In this document: in pieces, positions 41,244 through 51,425 of the stretch
How positions within the stretch are numbered: position 1 is the stretch's first letter
Layout of the letters: each line of letters starts with the position of its first letter
Source of the DNA: an uncultured Lachnospiraceae bacterium
GTDB taxonomy: Bacteria > Bacillota > Clostridia > Lachnospirales > Lachnospiraceae
NCBI GenBank assembly: GCA_944380095.1
Contig: CALWGP010000001.1
Location: 2,524 to 66,523 of the forward strand
Reading direction: 5' to 3'
DNA: 64,000 nt
Program-made: the position numbers and the translations under genes
Notes under the pieces: generated by a model
The model's input: the letters and a program-made list of their open reading frames with translations, nothing else
What the model was told of the DNA's origin: nothing
Databases searched by the model: none

Positions 41244-43915
41244 TTTGCGTCGTACCAGTTCTTTCCCGTGTGCAGATCCACTTCCAGGGAAACCGCCAGA
41301 TCGGCCGCCCCCTTCATCTGTGTCTCCAAAATCTGTCTGACCCGTTCTGCCTCGGACTCTTTCGTTTCAATCAGAAGTTCGTCATGAATCTGCAAAATCA
41401 GCCGGGAAGAAAGCCCCTCTTTGCGCAGCGCTTCCCAGACGCGGATCATGGCGATCTTGATAATATCCGCCGCCGTTCCCTGGATGGGCGAATTCATGGC
41501 GACCCGTTCCCCGAAGGAACGCTGCATGAAATTGCTGGAGTTCAGTTCCGGGACCGGCCGCCTGCGTCCAAACAGGGTGGTGGTATATCCCTTTTCCTTT
41601 GCCTCCTGCACCTGCCTGTCCAGAAATTTCTTCACGTCCGGATAGGTTTGAAAGTACTGTTCGATATAGTCCGCCGCTTCCTTCCTTGTAATGCTCAGAT
41701 CCTGGCTTAAACCAAAGGAACTGATGCCGTAGACGATGCCGAAGTTCACGGCCTTCGCATTGCGCCGCTGCAGGTCCGTGACCTCTTCAAAAGGGGTATG
41801 GAACACTTTGGACGCCGTAATCCGGTGAATGTCCGCGTCGCTTTGATATGCTTCAATCAGCTGCCGGTCCCCGGAAAGATGGGCAAGCACCCTCAGTTCG
41901 ATCTGGGAATAATCCGCATCCGTAAACAGCCAGCCCTCCCTGGGCACAAACACCCTGCGGATCAGGCGGCCCAGCTGGGTGCGCATGGGGATGTTCTGCA
42001 GATTTGGCTCCGTGGAACTGATCCTGCCCGTCGCCGTAATGGTCTGGTTAAAGGACGTATGAATCCGCCCGTCGGGGCCGATATAGTCCGCCAGCCCGTC
42101 CGCATAGGTGGATTTGAGTTTTGTCAGCCCCCGGTATTCCAGGACGTCCGCCACGATAGGATGGTCCGGCGCAAGTTTTTCCAGGATGTCCGCCGCCGTG
42201 GAATAGCCGGTCTTTGTCTTCTTGCCGCCCTTTAATCCCATTTTTTCAAAAAGCACCTCTCCCAGCTGTTTGGGAGAATTGATATTGAATTCACATCCGG
42301 CTGCTTCATGGATGGCCTTTTCCAGCTCCCCGATCCGGTCCACCAAAGCGTCCCCGTAGTTTTTCAGCTCTTCTTTCCGGACCAGGACGCCCTCTTTTTC
42401 CATCTCATACAGCACCCGGGAAAGAGGCATCTCGATGGTTTCAAACAAAGACAGCATCCCCGTCTGTTCAAGCTTTTGGGTCAGGACTTCCCTCGCCTGA
42501 AGACAGACAGACGCCGCACGGCCCGCATAGGAAAGAAATGCCTCCGGCTTTTGCGCCATGGCCTCCTTCCAGGACAGTTTCTCAAACAGCTGCTTTCTTC
42601 CCGGGATCATCCGGCCCAGGTATTCGCCCGACACATCCTCAATGGCATAATCGTTTTTCAGCGGGTTTAGCAGATAAGCGGCAATAAGGACGTCAAAAAG
42701 TCCCTTCGTGCCGCACCCTTCCTGCCGCCCTGTGTTCTCTCCTTCGCACAAAAGGGCTTCGTAGATCTTTTTGATTCCGAAAGCAGACAACGCTACCCTG
42801 CTTTGGTACAGGTCTGCCGCAAGGCGGTTTAAAAATTCCGCGGGCAGTTTTTCCCCTGCCGCAAAAACAAAAGCCTCGTCCGGACAGGTACAAAGGGCAA
42901 GGGCCGCCGGGCCGCCGTCCTTTTCATCCTCCAAAAGCATAAAGCCGCACGCCTGCGCTTCTTTGACCTTTCGGAAAATTTCTTCCGCCTCCCGGACCGA
43001 ATCCACCAGCCGGATCTTCTCGCTGTCTTCCTTTTTTGCGTCGGCGGGATCCTCGAAACGGGAAAGCATATTTTTAAACTCCAGTTTCCGGAAAATTTCA
43101 TAGGCCTGCGGCGTAAAGAGGTTGCCGATCCGGGCTTCTTCCAGGGAGAAATCCAGCGGGCTGTCCACGTTGATGGCCGCCAGCGTCCGGCTTAAATAAG
43201 CCAGAGCCTTATTGGCAATCAAGGACTCCCTCACGGCCTTTTTGTTCACTTCCTCCACATGGGCATAAATCCCGTCCAGGGAACCGAACTGCTTCATCAG
43301 CTCCGCCGCCGTCTTTTCCCCTACTTTGGGCACCCCGGGAATGTTGTCCGACGCATCCCCCATCAGCGCCTTTAAATCAATAAATCCCTGCGGCGTCACC
43401 CCGTAACGGGCTTCTACGTCGGCCGCATAATAATCTTCCACTTCCGTGCGCGCCCCTTTTGTTTTGGGAATCCGGATCTTGATTTGGTCCGTGGCGATCT
43501 GCAAAAGATCCCGGTCCCCGGATACCAGGGCCACGTCCACCCCTTCTTTCTGGGCCCGCTTTGCCAGGGTGCCCAGGATATCGTCCGCCTCCAGGCCGGG
43601 CTGTTCCAGCGTCCGGATGCCCATGGCCGAAAGCACTTCCTTCATCACCGGCACCTGTTCGTGCAGCTCTTTTGGCATGGGCTTCCTTGTGCCCTTATAC
43701 TCTTTATAGATTTCATGGCGGAAGGTAGGCGCTTTCACGTCAAAGGCCACCGCCAGGAAATCCGGTTTTTCTTCTTCCAGTATTTTAAACAGGATATTTA
43801 AGAAGCCGTATACCGCATTGGTATGCAGCCCCTGCGAGTTGGTAAGATCCGGCACGCCGTAAAACGCCCGGTTTAAGATGCTGTGTCCGTCAATCAGTAC
43901 AAGTTTTTCTTTCAT
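41240..43915 (-). CDS. polA: DNA polymerase I
   Basis: 5' nuclease LIDGHS...EADD...GEKTA; polymerase motifs DYSQIELR, AKAVNFGIVYG, QIHDEL. Confidence 0.97.
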   Translation of the reverse strand: MKEKLVLIDGHSILNRAFYGVPDLTNSQGLHTNAVYGFLNILFKILEEEKPDFLAVAFDVKAPTFRHEIYKEYKGTRKPMPKELHEQVPVMKEVLSAMGIRTLEQPGLEADDILGTLAKRAQKEGVDVALVSGDRDLLQIATDQIKIRIPKTKGARTEVEDYYAADVEARYGVTPQGFIDLKALMGDASDNIPGVPKVGEKTAAELMKQFGSLDGIYAHVEEVNKKAVRESLIANKALAYLSRTLAAINVDSPLDFSLEEARIGNLFTPQAYEIFRKLEFKNMLSRFEDPADAKKEDSEKIRLVDSVREAEEIFRKVKEAQACGFMLLEDEKDGGPAALALCTCPDEAFVFAAGEKLPAEFLNRLAADLYQSRVALSAFGIKKIYEALLCEGENTGRQEGCGTKGLFDVLIAAYLLNPLKNDYAIEDVSGEYLGRMIPGRKQLFEKLSWKEAMAQKPEAFLSYAGRAASVCLQAREVLTQKLEQTGMLSLFETIEMPLSRVLYEMEKEGVLVRKEELKNYGDALVDRIGELEKAIHEAAGCEFNINSPKQLGEVLFEKMGLKGGKKTKTGYSTAADILEKLAPDHPIVADVLEYRGLTKLKSTYADGLADYIGPDGRIHTSFNQTITATGRISSTEPNLQNIPMRTQLGRLIRRVFVPREGWLFTDADYSQIELRVLAHLSGDRQLIEAYQSDADIHRITASKVFHTPFEEVTDLQRRNAKAVNFGIVYGISSFGLSQDLSITRKEAADYIEQYFQTYPDVKKFLDRQVQEAKEKGYTTTLFGRRRPVPELNSSNFMQRSFGERVAMNSPIQGTAADIIKIAMIRVWEALRKEGLSSRLILQIHDELLIETKESEAERVRQILETQMKGAADLAVSLEVDLHTGKNWYDAK

Positions 43916-44244
43916 TTCAATACCACCGTCAGTAAAATGGCAACAGCAGCAGCCGCGGATAAAATTTCCGTGGCGTACAGCCCCCTTTGAAGGGATGCCA
44001 GGATATGCAGATGTCTTTTTTCCGTAGCTATTTTCAGCTTCAGCTCCCGGTTTAAGTCAAAAGTGTCCCCCTTTTCCAGGCGCTGCATCCCCGCAGTCAC
44101 CAAAAACTGAATGCTCAGTTCTTCCAGGCAAAAGCTGCAGTGCTCCACATGGGCCAGGAACTGCTTTTTGGTCTGGTTCTCCATCTCGTCGTTTAAAAAA
44201 GACGGGATCAGTTTTTCCGCCTGTTTGCATGTAAGGTCATTCAT
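43912..44244 (-). CDS. Zinc-binding anti-sigma-factor-like (zf-HC2/ZAS) membrane protein
   Basis: C-x-HVEHCSFC (HxxxCxxC) motif, C-terminal TM helix; stop overlaps polA ATG. Confidence 0.75.
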   Translation of the reverse strand: MNDLTCKQAEKLIPSFLNDEMENQTKKQFLAHVEHCSFCLEELSIQFLVTAGMQRLEKGDTFDLNRELKLKIATEKRHLHILASLQRGLYATEILSAAAAVAILLTVVLK

Positions 44245-44369
44245 AGCGGGCCCCCTGTCAAAACATTTCCATACGCATTTGATCAAACAAAGAGAGGCTG
44301 CTGCCTGAGCCAGAATCCTTCTGCCGGATATCCGCTCCCTGCAACAGCCTTTTTATTATCTCATATTTC

Positions 44370-45509
44370 TCACAGCATTGCAATTCCTTTGCACCAGGTC
44401 TGGACTACGCTGTAATCGTCCTCCAGTACGACGATGTCCGCGTCATACCCGGCCGCAAGCCGTCCCTTCCTGTCGTCCACACGCAGCGCCCGCGCCGGAT
44501 TGATGGTACAGGAATTTAAGGCGGCGTCAAAGGGCACCATAGCCTCATTAACAAGGATCTTTAACCCGCGGTTCATATAAAGGGTACTGCCGGCGATGGT
44601 ATCCGTGCCTTTTAACCGGGCAAGCCCGTCCTCCCCGATTTCAATGGGGTGGCCGCCCAGCTCATAATCCCCTCCCGGAGGGCAGTGCTTTGCCCGCAGG
44701 GAATCGCTGATCATAATGGCATAATCCCGTCCCTTGGCGGTGAAATAATTGTTCAGCGCTGCAAGATGGGAATGGCAGCCGTCACAGATGATCTCCCCGT
44801 AGATATCCCTGACCCGGAAAGCAGTGCCCACCAGGCCGGGCTTCCTGTGGTGATAGGCAGTCATTCCATTATACACATGGGTCATGCTCATCGCACCGTT
44901 GGCAATGCCCATCAGCGCCTGTTCGTAGGTGGCCGAGGAATGTCCCATACTCACCACCACCCCATGGCTGCTGCAATATCTGGTCAGCGCAAAATCCGGA
45001 TCATGCTCCGGCGCCATGGTGATATACTTAATCAGGCCATGGGCCGCCTCCTGGTACATCCGAAACTGCTCTACAGTGGGCTGCGCGATAGCCTCCGGAG
45101 GCTGCGCGCCCTTGTATTCCATATCCAGATAGGGCCCTTCAAAATGGATGCCCAGAATTTCCGCGCCTTCGTAACCTTCTTCCACAACCCTGGCCACGTT
45201 TGCCACCGCTTTGGAAAGGACGTCGGGCATCTGGGTCACCGTAGTGGGCAGGATGGACGTCACCCCTTCTTCCGGGATCCGTCTCATCCAGTCCCTAAGT
45301 CCTTCCGGTTCCCCGTCGTTGGTGTCGAATCCATAAGCGCCGTGGGTATGCACGTCAATGAAGCCTGGGACCATTCTTTTCTCCCCGTAATCTTCATCCG
45401 CCGCTTTCTCACCCCAGGGAAGGATCCGGACGATTTTCCCGTTTTCCGTCTCCAGCTGGGCCGCCATGAACTGACCGCCAATCCAAACTCTTTTACTCTG
45501 TAAAATCAT
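44370..45509 (-). CDS. nagA: N-acetylglucosamine-6-phosphate deacetylase
   Basis: PGFIDVHTHG, HFEGPY, SMGHS, THVYNGM, IAGS. Confidence 0.94.
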   Translation of the reverse strand: MILQSKRVWIGGQFMAAQLETENGKIVRILPWGEKAADEDYGEKRMVPGFIDVHTHGAYGFDTNDGEPEGLRDWMRRIPEEGVTSILPTTVTQMPDVLSKAVANVARVVEEGYEGAEILGIHFEGPYLDMEYKGAQPPEAIAQPTVEQFRMYQEAAHGLIKYITMAPEHDPDFALTRYCSSHGVVVSMGHSSATYEQALMGIANGAMSMTHVYNGMTAYHHRKPGLVGTAFRVRDIYGEIICDGCHSHLAALNNYFTAKGRDYAIMISDSLRAKHCPPGGDYELGGHPIEIGEDGLARLKGTDTIAGSTLYMNRGLKILVNEAMVPFDAALNSCTINPARALRVDDRKGRLAAGYDADIVVLEDDYSVVQTWCKGIAML

Positions 45510-45539
45510 CGCAACCTCCTGACTGCCGGCTGGCTTGCC

Positions 45540-46277
45540 TTATTTTACCAGGGAAAGCGCGTCTTCATCCGCTACCAGGATGAAATTCGGGTGCAGCTGC
45601 AGGATGGAAGCGGGAACCTTGGGGGTAATCGGGCCGAAGAAAGCGTCTTTTAAGATCTGCGCCTTGTCCTTGCCGCTGACAACCATCAGGACGCATTTTG
45701 CCCTCATAATGGTTGCGATCCCCATGGTATATGCCTGTCTGGGCACTTCGTCCGCGGAATTGAAGAACCTCTTGTTGGCTTCGATGGTCATTTCCGTCAG
45801 GTTTACGCAGTGGGTTTCCTTGTCGAACTCATCGTTGGGCTCATTGAAACCGATGTGGCCGTCATGACCCAGTCCCAAAAGCTGCAGGTCCACGCCGCCC
45901 ATGGAAGCGATCACTTCGTTATATTCGGAACAGGCCTTTTCGCTGTCGGGTTCCGTCCCGTCCGGCAGATGGGTGTTTTCCGGGTTGATATTCACATGGC
46001 TGAACAGGTTGTCATGCATGAAATAGTAGTAACTCTGCTCATTCTCTTTGGGAAGTCCCTTATACTCGTCCAGGTTGACGCTTCTGACCTGGGAGAAATC
46101 CAGATCCCCTTCTTCATAGCGTTTCACCAGATTCTGATAGGTGCCGATAGGCGTGGAACCGGTTGCCAGTCCCAGCACGCAGTCGGGTTTGGTAATTACC
46201 AGCGCGCCGATAATATTGGCTGCCTTCCTGCTCATGTCAGCATAGTCCTTTGTCCTGATAATTCTCATTTTCTCCAC
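45540..46277 (-). CDS. nagB: Glucosamine-6-phosphate deaminase
   Basis: GLATGSTP, NLDEY, GHDGHIGFNEP, PASILQLH. Confidence 0.95.
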   Translation of the reverse strand: MEKMRIIRTKDYADMSRKAANIIGALVITKPDCVLGLATGSTPIGTYQNLVKRYEEGDLDFSQVRSVNLDEYKGLPKENEQSYYYFMHDNLFSHVNINPENTHLPDGTEPDSEKACSEYNEVIASMGGVDLQLLGLGHDGHIGFNEPNDEFDKETHCVNLTEMTIEANKRFFNSADEVPRQAYTMGIATIMRAKCVLMVVSGKDKAQILKDAFFGPITPKVPASILQLHPNFILVADEDALSLVK

Positions 46278-46347
46278 TCTCCTGTCTTATCGATTTGCGC
46301 ACAGGCAGATCTGTGTCCTGATCCGTCAAATATGCCCGTCCGTATTT

Positions 46348-46376
46348 ATTGTAATACATCCTTGCGGTTAAGACAA
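46348..46376 (-). promoter_or_regulatory. Internal promoter for nagB-nagA
   Basis: TTGTCT-17-TACAAT, just downstream of the EIICB terminator hairpin. Confidence 0.5.
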
Positions 46377-46390
46377 ACTGAAATTCAAAT

Positions 46391-46422
46391 TCGGAAGCCT
46401 CCTTTCTCAGGGAGGCTTCCGA
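46391..46422 (-). terminator. Hairpin after the PTS EIICB gene
   Basis: Perfect 12-bp stem TCGGAAGCCTCC / GGAGGCTTCCGA, weak U-tract. Confidence 0.6.
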
Positions 46423-46480
46423 CTATGCCAGGGAAAGATGCCGCAGCAGCGGCATAACTATAGGTCTCTCAAGTGCCCGA

Positions 46481-47944
46481 TCAGAGCATCTTTTTCATTT
46501 CATCGGCCACGAACTGTACCTTCGTGCCCACAATGACCTGTACGGAATTTTTGCTCGGACGGATCACGCCTGCCACACCTGCGGATTTGATCTTCTTTTC
46601 ATCGATCTTGGTATAATCCTTGATCTCAAAACGAAGCCTTGTAATGCAGTTATCCAGGCTGACCACATTGCCCTTACCGCCGATGCCTTCCAGAACTACT
46701 GCCGCAACCTGCGTAAAGTCGTTGTTGGAAAGGGTCACATTCTTTTCGGCTTCCAGATCGTCGTCTTCACGTCCGGGAGTCTTTAAGTTGAACTTGGTGA
46801 TCACAACGCGGAATACAACGTAGTAAATAATGCCTACAACGATGCCGATGGGAACAATCATCCAAGGGTTCTGTGCCAGAGGCGTAAACGCGCTCAGCAC
46901 CAGGTCGATGGCGCCGCCGGAGAACGAGAATCCTGCCCTTACCGGGAACGCAACCGTAATGCCTGCCGTGATTCCGGCCAGGATCGCATGAACCAGGTAC
47001 AGGCCGGGCGCCAGGAACATAAAGGAAAATTCAATGGGCTCGGTAACGCCGGTAAAGAAGGAACAAAATGCCGCGGAAGCCAGCAGGCCGTACGCGATTT
47101 TCTTCTTATTCGGCTTCGCCGTATGGTACATTGCCAGGCAGGCTGCGGGAAGACCGAACATCATGAACGGGAAGAATCCTGTCATGTACATACCGGTTTC
47201 GCCGTATACGCCCGTATTTCCCCAGAAATTGCCCAGGTCGTTGATGCCGGCAACGTCAAACCAGAATACGGAGTTAAGTGCATGGTGCAGGCCGAAAGGA
47301 ATCAGCAGACGGTTCAGGAATGCATAGATACCTGCGCCCAGTGCGCCCATTCCCAGGAACGTCTCGCCCAGCGCCACAAGCGCGCCGTAAAGCAGAGGCC
47401 AAATGAAGAACAGGATCGCCGCAGCCACGATGGAGAATACGGCCGTAACGATAGCCACCGCACGTTTCCCGGAGAAGAAAGCCAGCGCATCCGGAAGCTT
47501 GGTTCCTTTAAATTTGTTGTAGCAGGTTGCGCCGATCAAACCGGAAAGGATACCGACGAACTGGTTGTTGATCTTGGCGAAAGCCGGGTCCGCCTCTGCG
47601 CCTGTCAGTCCTGCAACGGTAGCGCTAGACAGCAGGGTGGTGATCATCAGGAACGATACCAGGCCTGCCAGGCCGGCAGTCCCGTCGTTGTCGTCGGACA
47701 TACCGACGGCAACGCCAATGGCAAACAGCCATGCCATATTGTCGATCAGGGCGCCGCCCGCCTTGATCAAAAACAAACCGATGGTGTAAGAAAGGCCGCC
47801 GGCCGTAAAGCCAGCCACTTCACCGGCCATTGCCGCCGGTGCCAGTATGTAGCCAATTCCCATCAGGATACCGCAAACCGGCAGACACGCTACCGGAAGC
47901 ATCAGGGATTTTCCCAGACGCTGAAAGTATTTCATCATAAACAA
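46481..47944 (-). CDS. nagE: PTS N-acetylglucosamine EIICB
   Basis: QRLGKSLMLPVACLP, PFGLHH, GVTEPIEF, EIIB LDNCITRLR; next to nagBA. Confidence 0.9.
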   Translation of the reverse strand: MFMMKYFQRLGKSLMLPVACLPVCGILMGIGYILAPAAMAGEVAGFTAGGLSYTIGLFLIKAGGALIDNMAWLFAIGVAVGMSDDNDGTAGLAGLVSFLMITTLLSSATVAGLTGAEADPAFAKINNQFVGILSGLIGATCYNKFKGTKLPDALAFFSGKRAVAIVTAVFSIVAAAILFFIWPLLYGALVALGETFLGMGALGAGIYAFLNRLLIPFGLHHALNSVFWFDVAGINDLGNFWGNTGVYGETGMYMTGFFPFMMFGLPAACLAMYHTAKPNKKKIAYGLLASAAFCSFFTGVTEPIEFSFMFLAPGLYLVHAILAGITAGITVAFPVRAGFSFSGGAIDLVLSAFTPLAQNPWMIVPIGIVVGIIYYVVFRVVITKFNLKTPGREDDDLEAEKNVTLSNNDFTQVAAVVLEGIGGKGNVVSLDNCITRLRFEIKDYTKIDEKKIKSAGVAGVIRPSKNSVQVIVGTKVQFVADEMKKML

Positions 47945-48109
47945 TTACCCCCTTCTTGTTCCTCCCTGGCTTTGGAACAGGTTCTTTATTCTTAAGGCTA
48001 TGCCTCAACGAATAACAAAAGAAGCTATGCGGACGCTCCCCCTGCGTCCGTTTTTCCACAGCCGCCGGCATTGTCCGGCGGCCGTTAGATTCCCGTAACT
48101 TTAAAACGA

Positions 48110-48367
48110 TCAGAGATTTTCTTTCATGAAAGCTTCCAGTGCCTCCGCAGCTGCAGCCTCATCTTCTCCTTCGATGGTGAAGGTTACGGTCTGGCCCTGT
48201 TTTACGGCCATCATCATCAGGGACATAATCTTTTTTGCGTCCCCTTTCTTCGTGCCGTTATCCACAGACACCGTGCTCTTGAACTCGGAAGCCTTCTTTA
48301 CCAGAAGTCCTGCCGGTCTTGCATGAATCCCGAGTTCATCTTTGATCGTGTACTGAAACTGTTTCAT
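48110..48367 (-). CDS. ptsH: HPr phosphocarrier (His15 present, Lys at the Ser46 position)
   Basis: GIHARPA; DAKKIMSL aligns with NLKSIMGV. Confidence 0.9.
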   Translation of the reverse strand: MKQFQYTIKDELGIHARPAGLLVKKASEFKSTVSVDNGTKKGDAKKIMSLMMMAVKQGQTVTFTIEGEDEAAAAEALEAFMKENL

Positions 48368-48394
48368 TGTCATTTACCCCTTTCTGTTTCTTTT

Positions 48395-50011
48395 TCAGAT
48401 TTCCCTGATGGCCTTGCGCAGCCCCAGCACATAGGTAGGGGAAACGGAAAGCTCATCAATTCCCATATCAATAAAGGTCTTGGTCAGGGTCGTGTCGCTT
48501 GCCAGCTCTCCGCAGATGCCGACCCATGCGCCGCCCTTGTGGCCGTTCTCTATTGTCATCTGAATCATCCGCAGCACTGCCGGATGGTGGGAATCATAAA
48601 TGTTGTCCAGGCTCTGGTTCTGCCTGTCGATCGCCAGCGTATACTGGGTCAGATCGTTGGTGCCGATGCTGAAAAACTCCACTTCTTTCGCCAGCTCTTC
48701 GCTGACCATAACCGCTGCGGGCGTTTCCACCATAATCCCCAGCTCCACCTGGTTAAAGCTGATCCCTTCGTGGGTCAGTTCGGTCTTTACTTCTTCTACA
48801 ATCTCCTTGATCCTTTGGATCTCGGAAACGGAAATGATCATGGGAAACATAATGGCCGCTGTGCCGAACGCGGACGCACGGTAAATGGCGCGCAGCTGCG
48901 TCTTGAAAATATTCACCCTGTCCAGGCAGATCCGGATCGCGCGGTAACCCATGGCGGGATTTTCTTCCTTGGGCAGTTCAAAATAGTCCACCTGTTTGTC
49001 TGCGCCGATGTCCAAGGTACGGATAATCACCTTTTTGCCGCCCATACGGGAGAGCACTTCTTTATAGATTTCAAACTGCTCTTCCTCCGTCGGATAGTCA
49101 TCGCGGCCCAGATAGATAAATTCGCTTCTAAACAGGCCGATGCCGCCCGCGTCATTGGCCAGCACCTTATCCACATCCTGGGTATTCCCGATATTGGCAT
49201 AGACGTTGATGCGGCGCCCGTCGGTCGTCACATTGTCCTTGCCGATCAGCTTCTGCAGTTCCGTCCTCTCTTTTTCATAGTCCATTTTTTTGCGGATCAT
49301 CTTCTGGGCCATTCCCTCATCCGGATTGATGATGAATGTCCCGTCGATTCCGTCCACAACGGCCTGCACGCCGTTGTACTCCTCCAAAAGGGCCACATCC
49401 GTCTTCACCAGCGCCGGGATATTCATGGAGCGGGCCAGGATCGCGGTGTGGGAATTGGCGGAACCGTTCTTGGTAACAAAAGCCAGGATCTTGCTTTTAT
49501 CCAGCTGGACCGTTTCGCTGGGAGATAAGTCGTCCGCCAGCAAAATCACCGGCGACTCGGAAGCAATCCCGCCTTCCACAATACCTGCCAAAACATTTAC
49601 CACCCGTTTGGAAATATCCAGCACGTCTATGGAACGCGCTTTCATGTATTCATCGTCCATGGAAGCAAATGCCGCCGAAAAATTGTCTCCCGTAATGCTC
49701 ACCGCATATTCCGCATTGACTTTGTCGTCGCGGATCATGCTGCGGATGGAGTCCAGATAGTCTCCGTCGTCCAGCATCATCTTATGCACGTCGAAAATCA
49801 TCGCCTGCTCTTCGCCCGCTTCCTCAAGTGCCTTATGGTACAGGCTGTCCAGCTGCTGCGTAGCCGTTTCCTTGGCAAGCTCGAACCTTGCGATCTCCGC
49901 CTCGGTATCTTCAATCTGTTTCTTTTCCAGGACATATTCCTGCTTTTTGTACAGATAAATTTTGCCGATGGCAACGCCCTTTAAAACACTCTTGCCGGAA
50001 CAAATAATCAT
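48395..50011 (-). CDS. ptsI: PTS enzyme I
   Basis: SHTAILARS, GIGLFRSEF, IRTLDIGADK, MGYRAIR, IGTNDLTQY, GICGE. Confidence 0.95.
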   Translation of the reverse strand: MIICSGKSVLKGVAIGKIYLYKKQEYVLEKKQIEDTEAEIARFELAKETATQQLDSLYHKALEEAGEEQAMIFDVHKMMLDDGDYLDSIRSMIRDDKVNAEYAVSITGDNFSAAFASMDDEYMKARSIDVLDISKRVVNVLAGIVEGGIASESPVILLADDLSPSETVQLDKSKILAFVTKNGSANSHTAILARSMNIPALVKTDVALLEEYNGVQAVVDGIDGTFIINPDEGMAQKMIRKKMDYEKERTELQKLIGKDNVTTDGRRINVYANIGNTQDVDKVLANDAGGIGLFRSEFIYLGRDDYPTEEEQFEIYKEVLSRMGGKKVIIRTLDIGADKQVDYFELPKEENPAMGYRAIRICLDRVNIFKTQLRAIYRASAFGTAAIMFPMIISVSEIQRIKEIVEEVKTELTHEGISFNQVELGIMVETPAAVMVSEELAKEVEFFSIGTNDLTQYTLAIDRQNQSLDNIYDSHHPAVLRMIQMTIENGHKGGAWVGICGELASDTTLTKTFIDMGIDELSVSPTYVLGLRKAIREI

Positions 50012-50035
50012 ACCTCTCTCCTCCTGCCGGATTCC

Positions 50036-50524
50036 TTACTTGCTTAATTTCATCACTTCGTCCCCGGGCTCAACGTCCCTGCCCGCAAAACTCTCGATAT
50101 TGGTCCAGTTGTCGGAATTACAGATCACCATCGGTGTAATGGTGTCCTTCCCGGACGCCTTGATCTTCTCCAGGTCCGCCTCGATCAGCAGGTCGCCTTT
50201 TTTCACATTCTGATCGGCGGATACTTTAATGGTGAAAGGTTCCCCTTTCAGCTCCACCGTATCCAGGCCGATATGGATCAGCAGTTCTGCCCCGTCCGGC
50301 GTGGTCACGCCCACCGCATGGCCCGTGGGGAACACGGTGCTGACCACCCCGTCGGCCGGCGCATAGACACGCCCGTCGGAAGGAATGATCGCGATCCCTT
50401 TCCCCAGGATCTCTTCTCCGAACGTAGGATCCGGCACCTCACGGATGCTGACGCATTTTCCTTTCATGGGCGCCCCCAGCACGATGCCGTCGTCCTTCTT
50501 TTTAAAAATATCAAAAAGTCCCAT
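50036..50524 (-). CDS. PTS glucose-family EIIA
   Basis: DPTFGEEILGKGIAI, TGHAVG, LIHIGLDTV. Confidence 0.92.
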   Translation of the reverse strand: MGLFDIFKKKDDGIVLGAPMKGKCVSIREVPDPTFGEEILGKGIAIIPSDGRVYAPADGVVSTVFPTGHAVGVTTPDGAELLIHIGLDTVELKGEPFTIKVSADQNVKKGDLLIEADLEKIKASGKDTITPMVICNSDNWTNIESFAGRDVEPGDEVMKLSK

Positions 50525-50548
50525 TCTTTTCTCCTCCTTTCCGAATCT

Positions 50549-51391
50549 CTATGGGGTTTCGATATCGATTCCGGTCGCGTAGCGCAGCTGTATCGTCAGA
50601 TAGATTTTTTCGTCTTCCGTCATCTTACAGCCGCTCACCGACTCTATGTAGTCTTTCATTTTCCCGGCCAGTCCATACTCCCGGCAGCAATGCTCCCTGA
50701 CAAAACGGTTGAAAGCGTCGTCGCCGGACAGCTTTGTGGGAGTGTGCAAAAGCAGCCGGATCAGGATAAACTTCAGATTCGTCACTAGGCGGTCCGTATC
50801 CAGGGAATCCTTCTGGAGCGGACAGGCTACATCTACCATCTCGGTCAGCCGCCGGATCATCTCCGTCATCATCTGCCCGTCCTTCATCTTCATCCCAAAT
50901 TCCGCATTTACCAGATGAAAGGCAATGGAAGCCGCTTCGTCCTCCGGAAGGCGCACGCCGGTCCTTTCCTCAATCAAATCCAGCGCATGCCGGCCGATCC
51001 GGAATTCTTCCGGGTAAAACCGCTTGATCTCTTCATACAGGCCGTTTTCAAACAGCATGCCTTCCTTAAACCTAGTCAGCGCAAAATCAATATGGTCCGT
51101 CAGCGTCAGGTAAACATTCTGGCTCAGCTGCGGCGTCAGCACTTTCCTGGCATGGGAAATGATCTCGTCCGAAACCTGGATGCATACCATCGGCATATTC
51201 GCAAGAAGCTCCTTAAACCGCTCCAGGATGTCCGGACTTTCCAGGCGGAAAATTTTCTCCGTGCCCGTTTCCGAAATCTCCTGGCCGGGCCTTTTCTGAA
51301 ATCCGATCCCTTTTCCCATCACCACGATCTCGCTTCCGTACTCGTCCATCGCAGAGATGACATTGTTGTTGATCACCCTCTGAATCCTCAT
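50549..51391 (-). CDS. BglG/LicT-family PRD antiterminator (PRD2 histidines replaced)
   Basis: CAT domain MRIQRVINNNVI...GKGIGF; PRD1 LTDHI and AFHLVNA; PRD2 VTNLKF and YLTIQL. Confidence 0.9.
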   Translation of the reverse strand: MRIQRVINNNVISAMDEYGSEIVVMGKGIGFQKRPGQEISETGTEKIFRLESPDILERFKELLANMPMVCIQVSDEIISHARKVLTPQLSQNVYLTLTDHIDFALTRFKEGMLFENGLYEEIKRFYPEEFRIGRHALDLIEERTGVRLPEDEAASIAFHLVNAEFGMKMKDGQMMTEMIRRLTEMVDVACPLQKDSLDTDRLVTNLKFILIRLLLHTPTKLSGDDAFNRFVREHCCREYGLAGKMKDYIESVSGCKMTEDEKIYLTIQLRYATGIDIETP

Positions 51392-51425
51392 GCTCCCAGC
51401 CCTTTGCTTTTCCCCTTACATAAGA

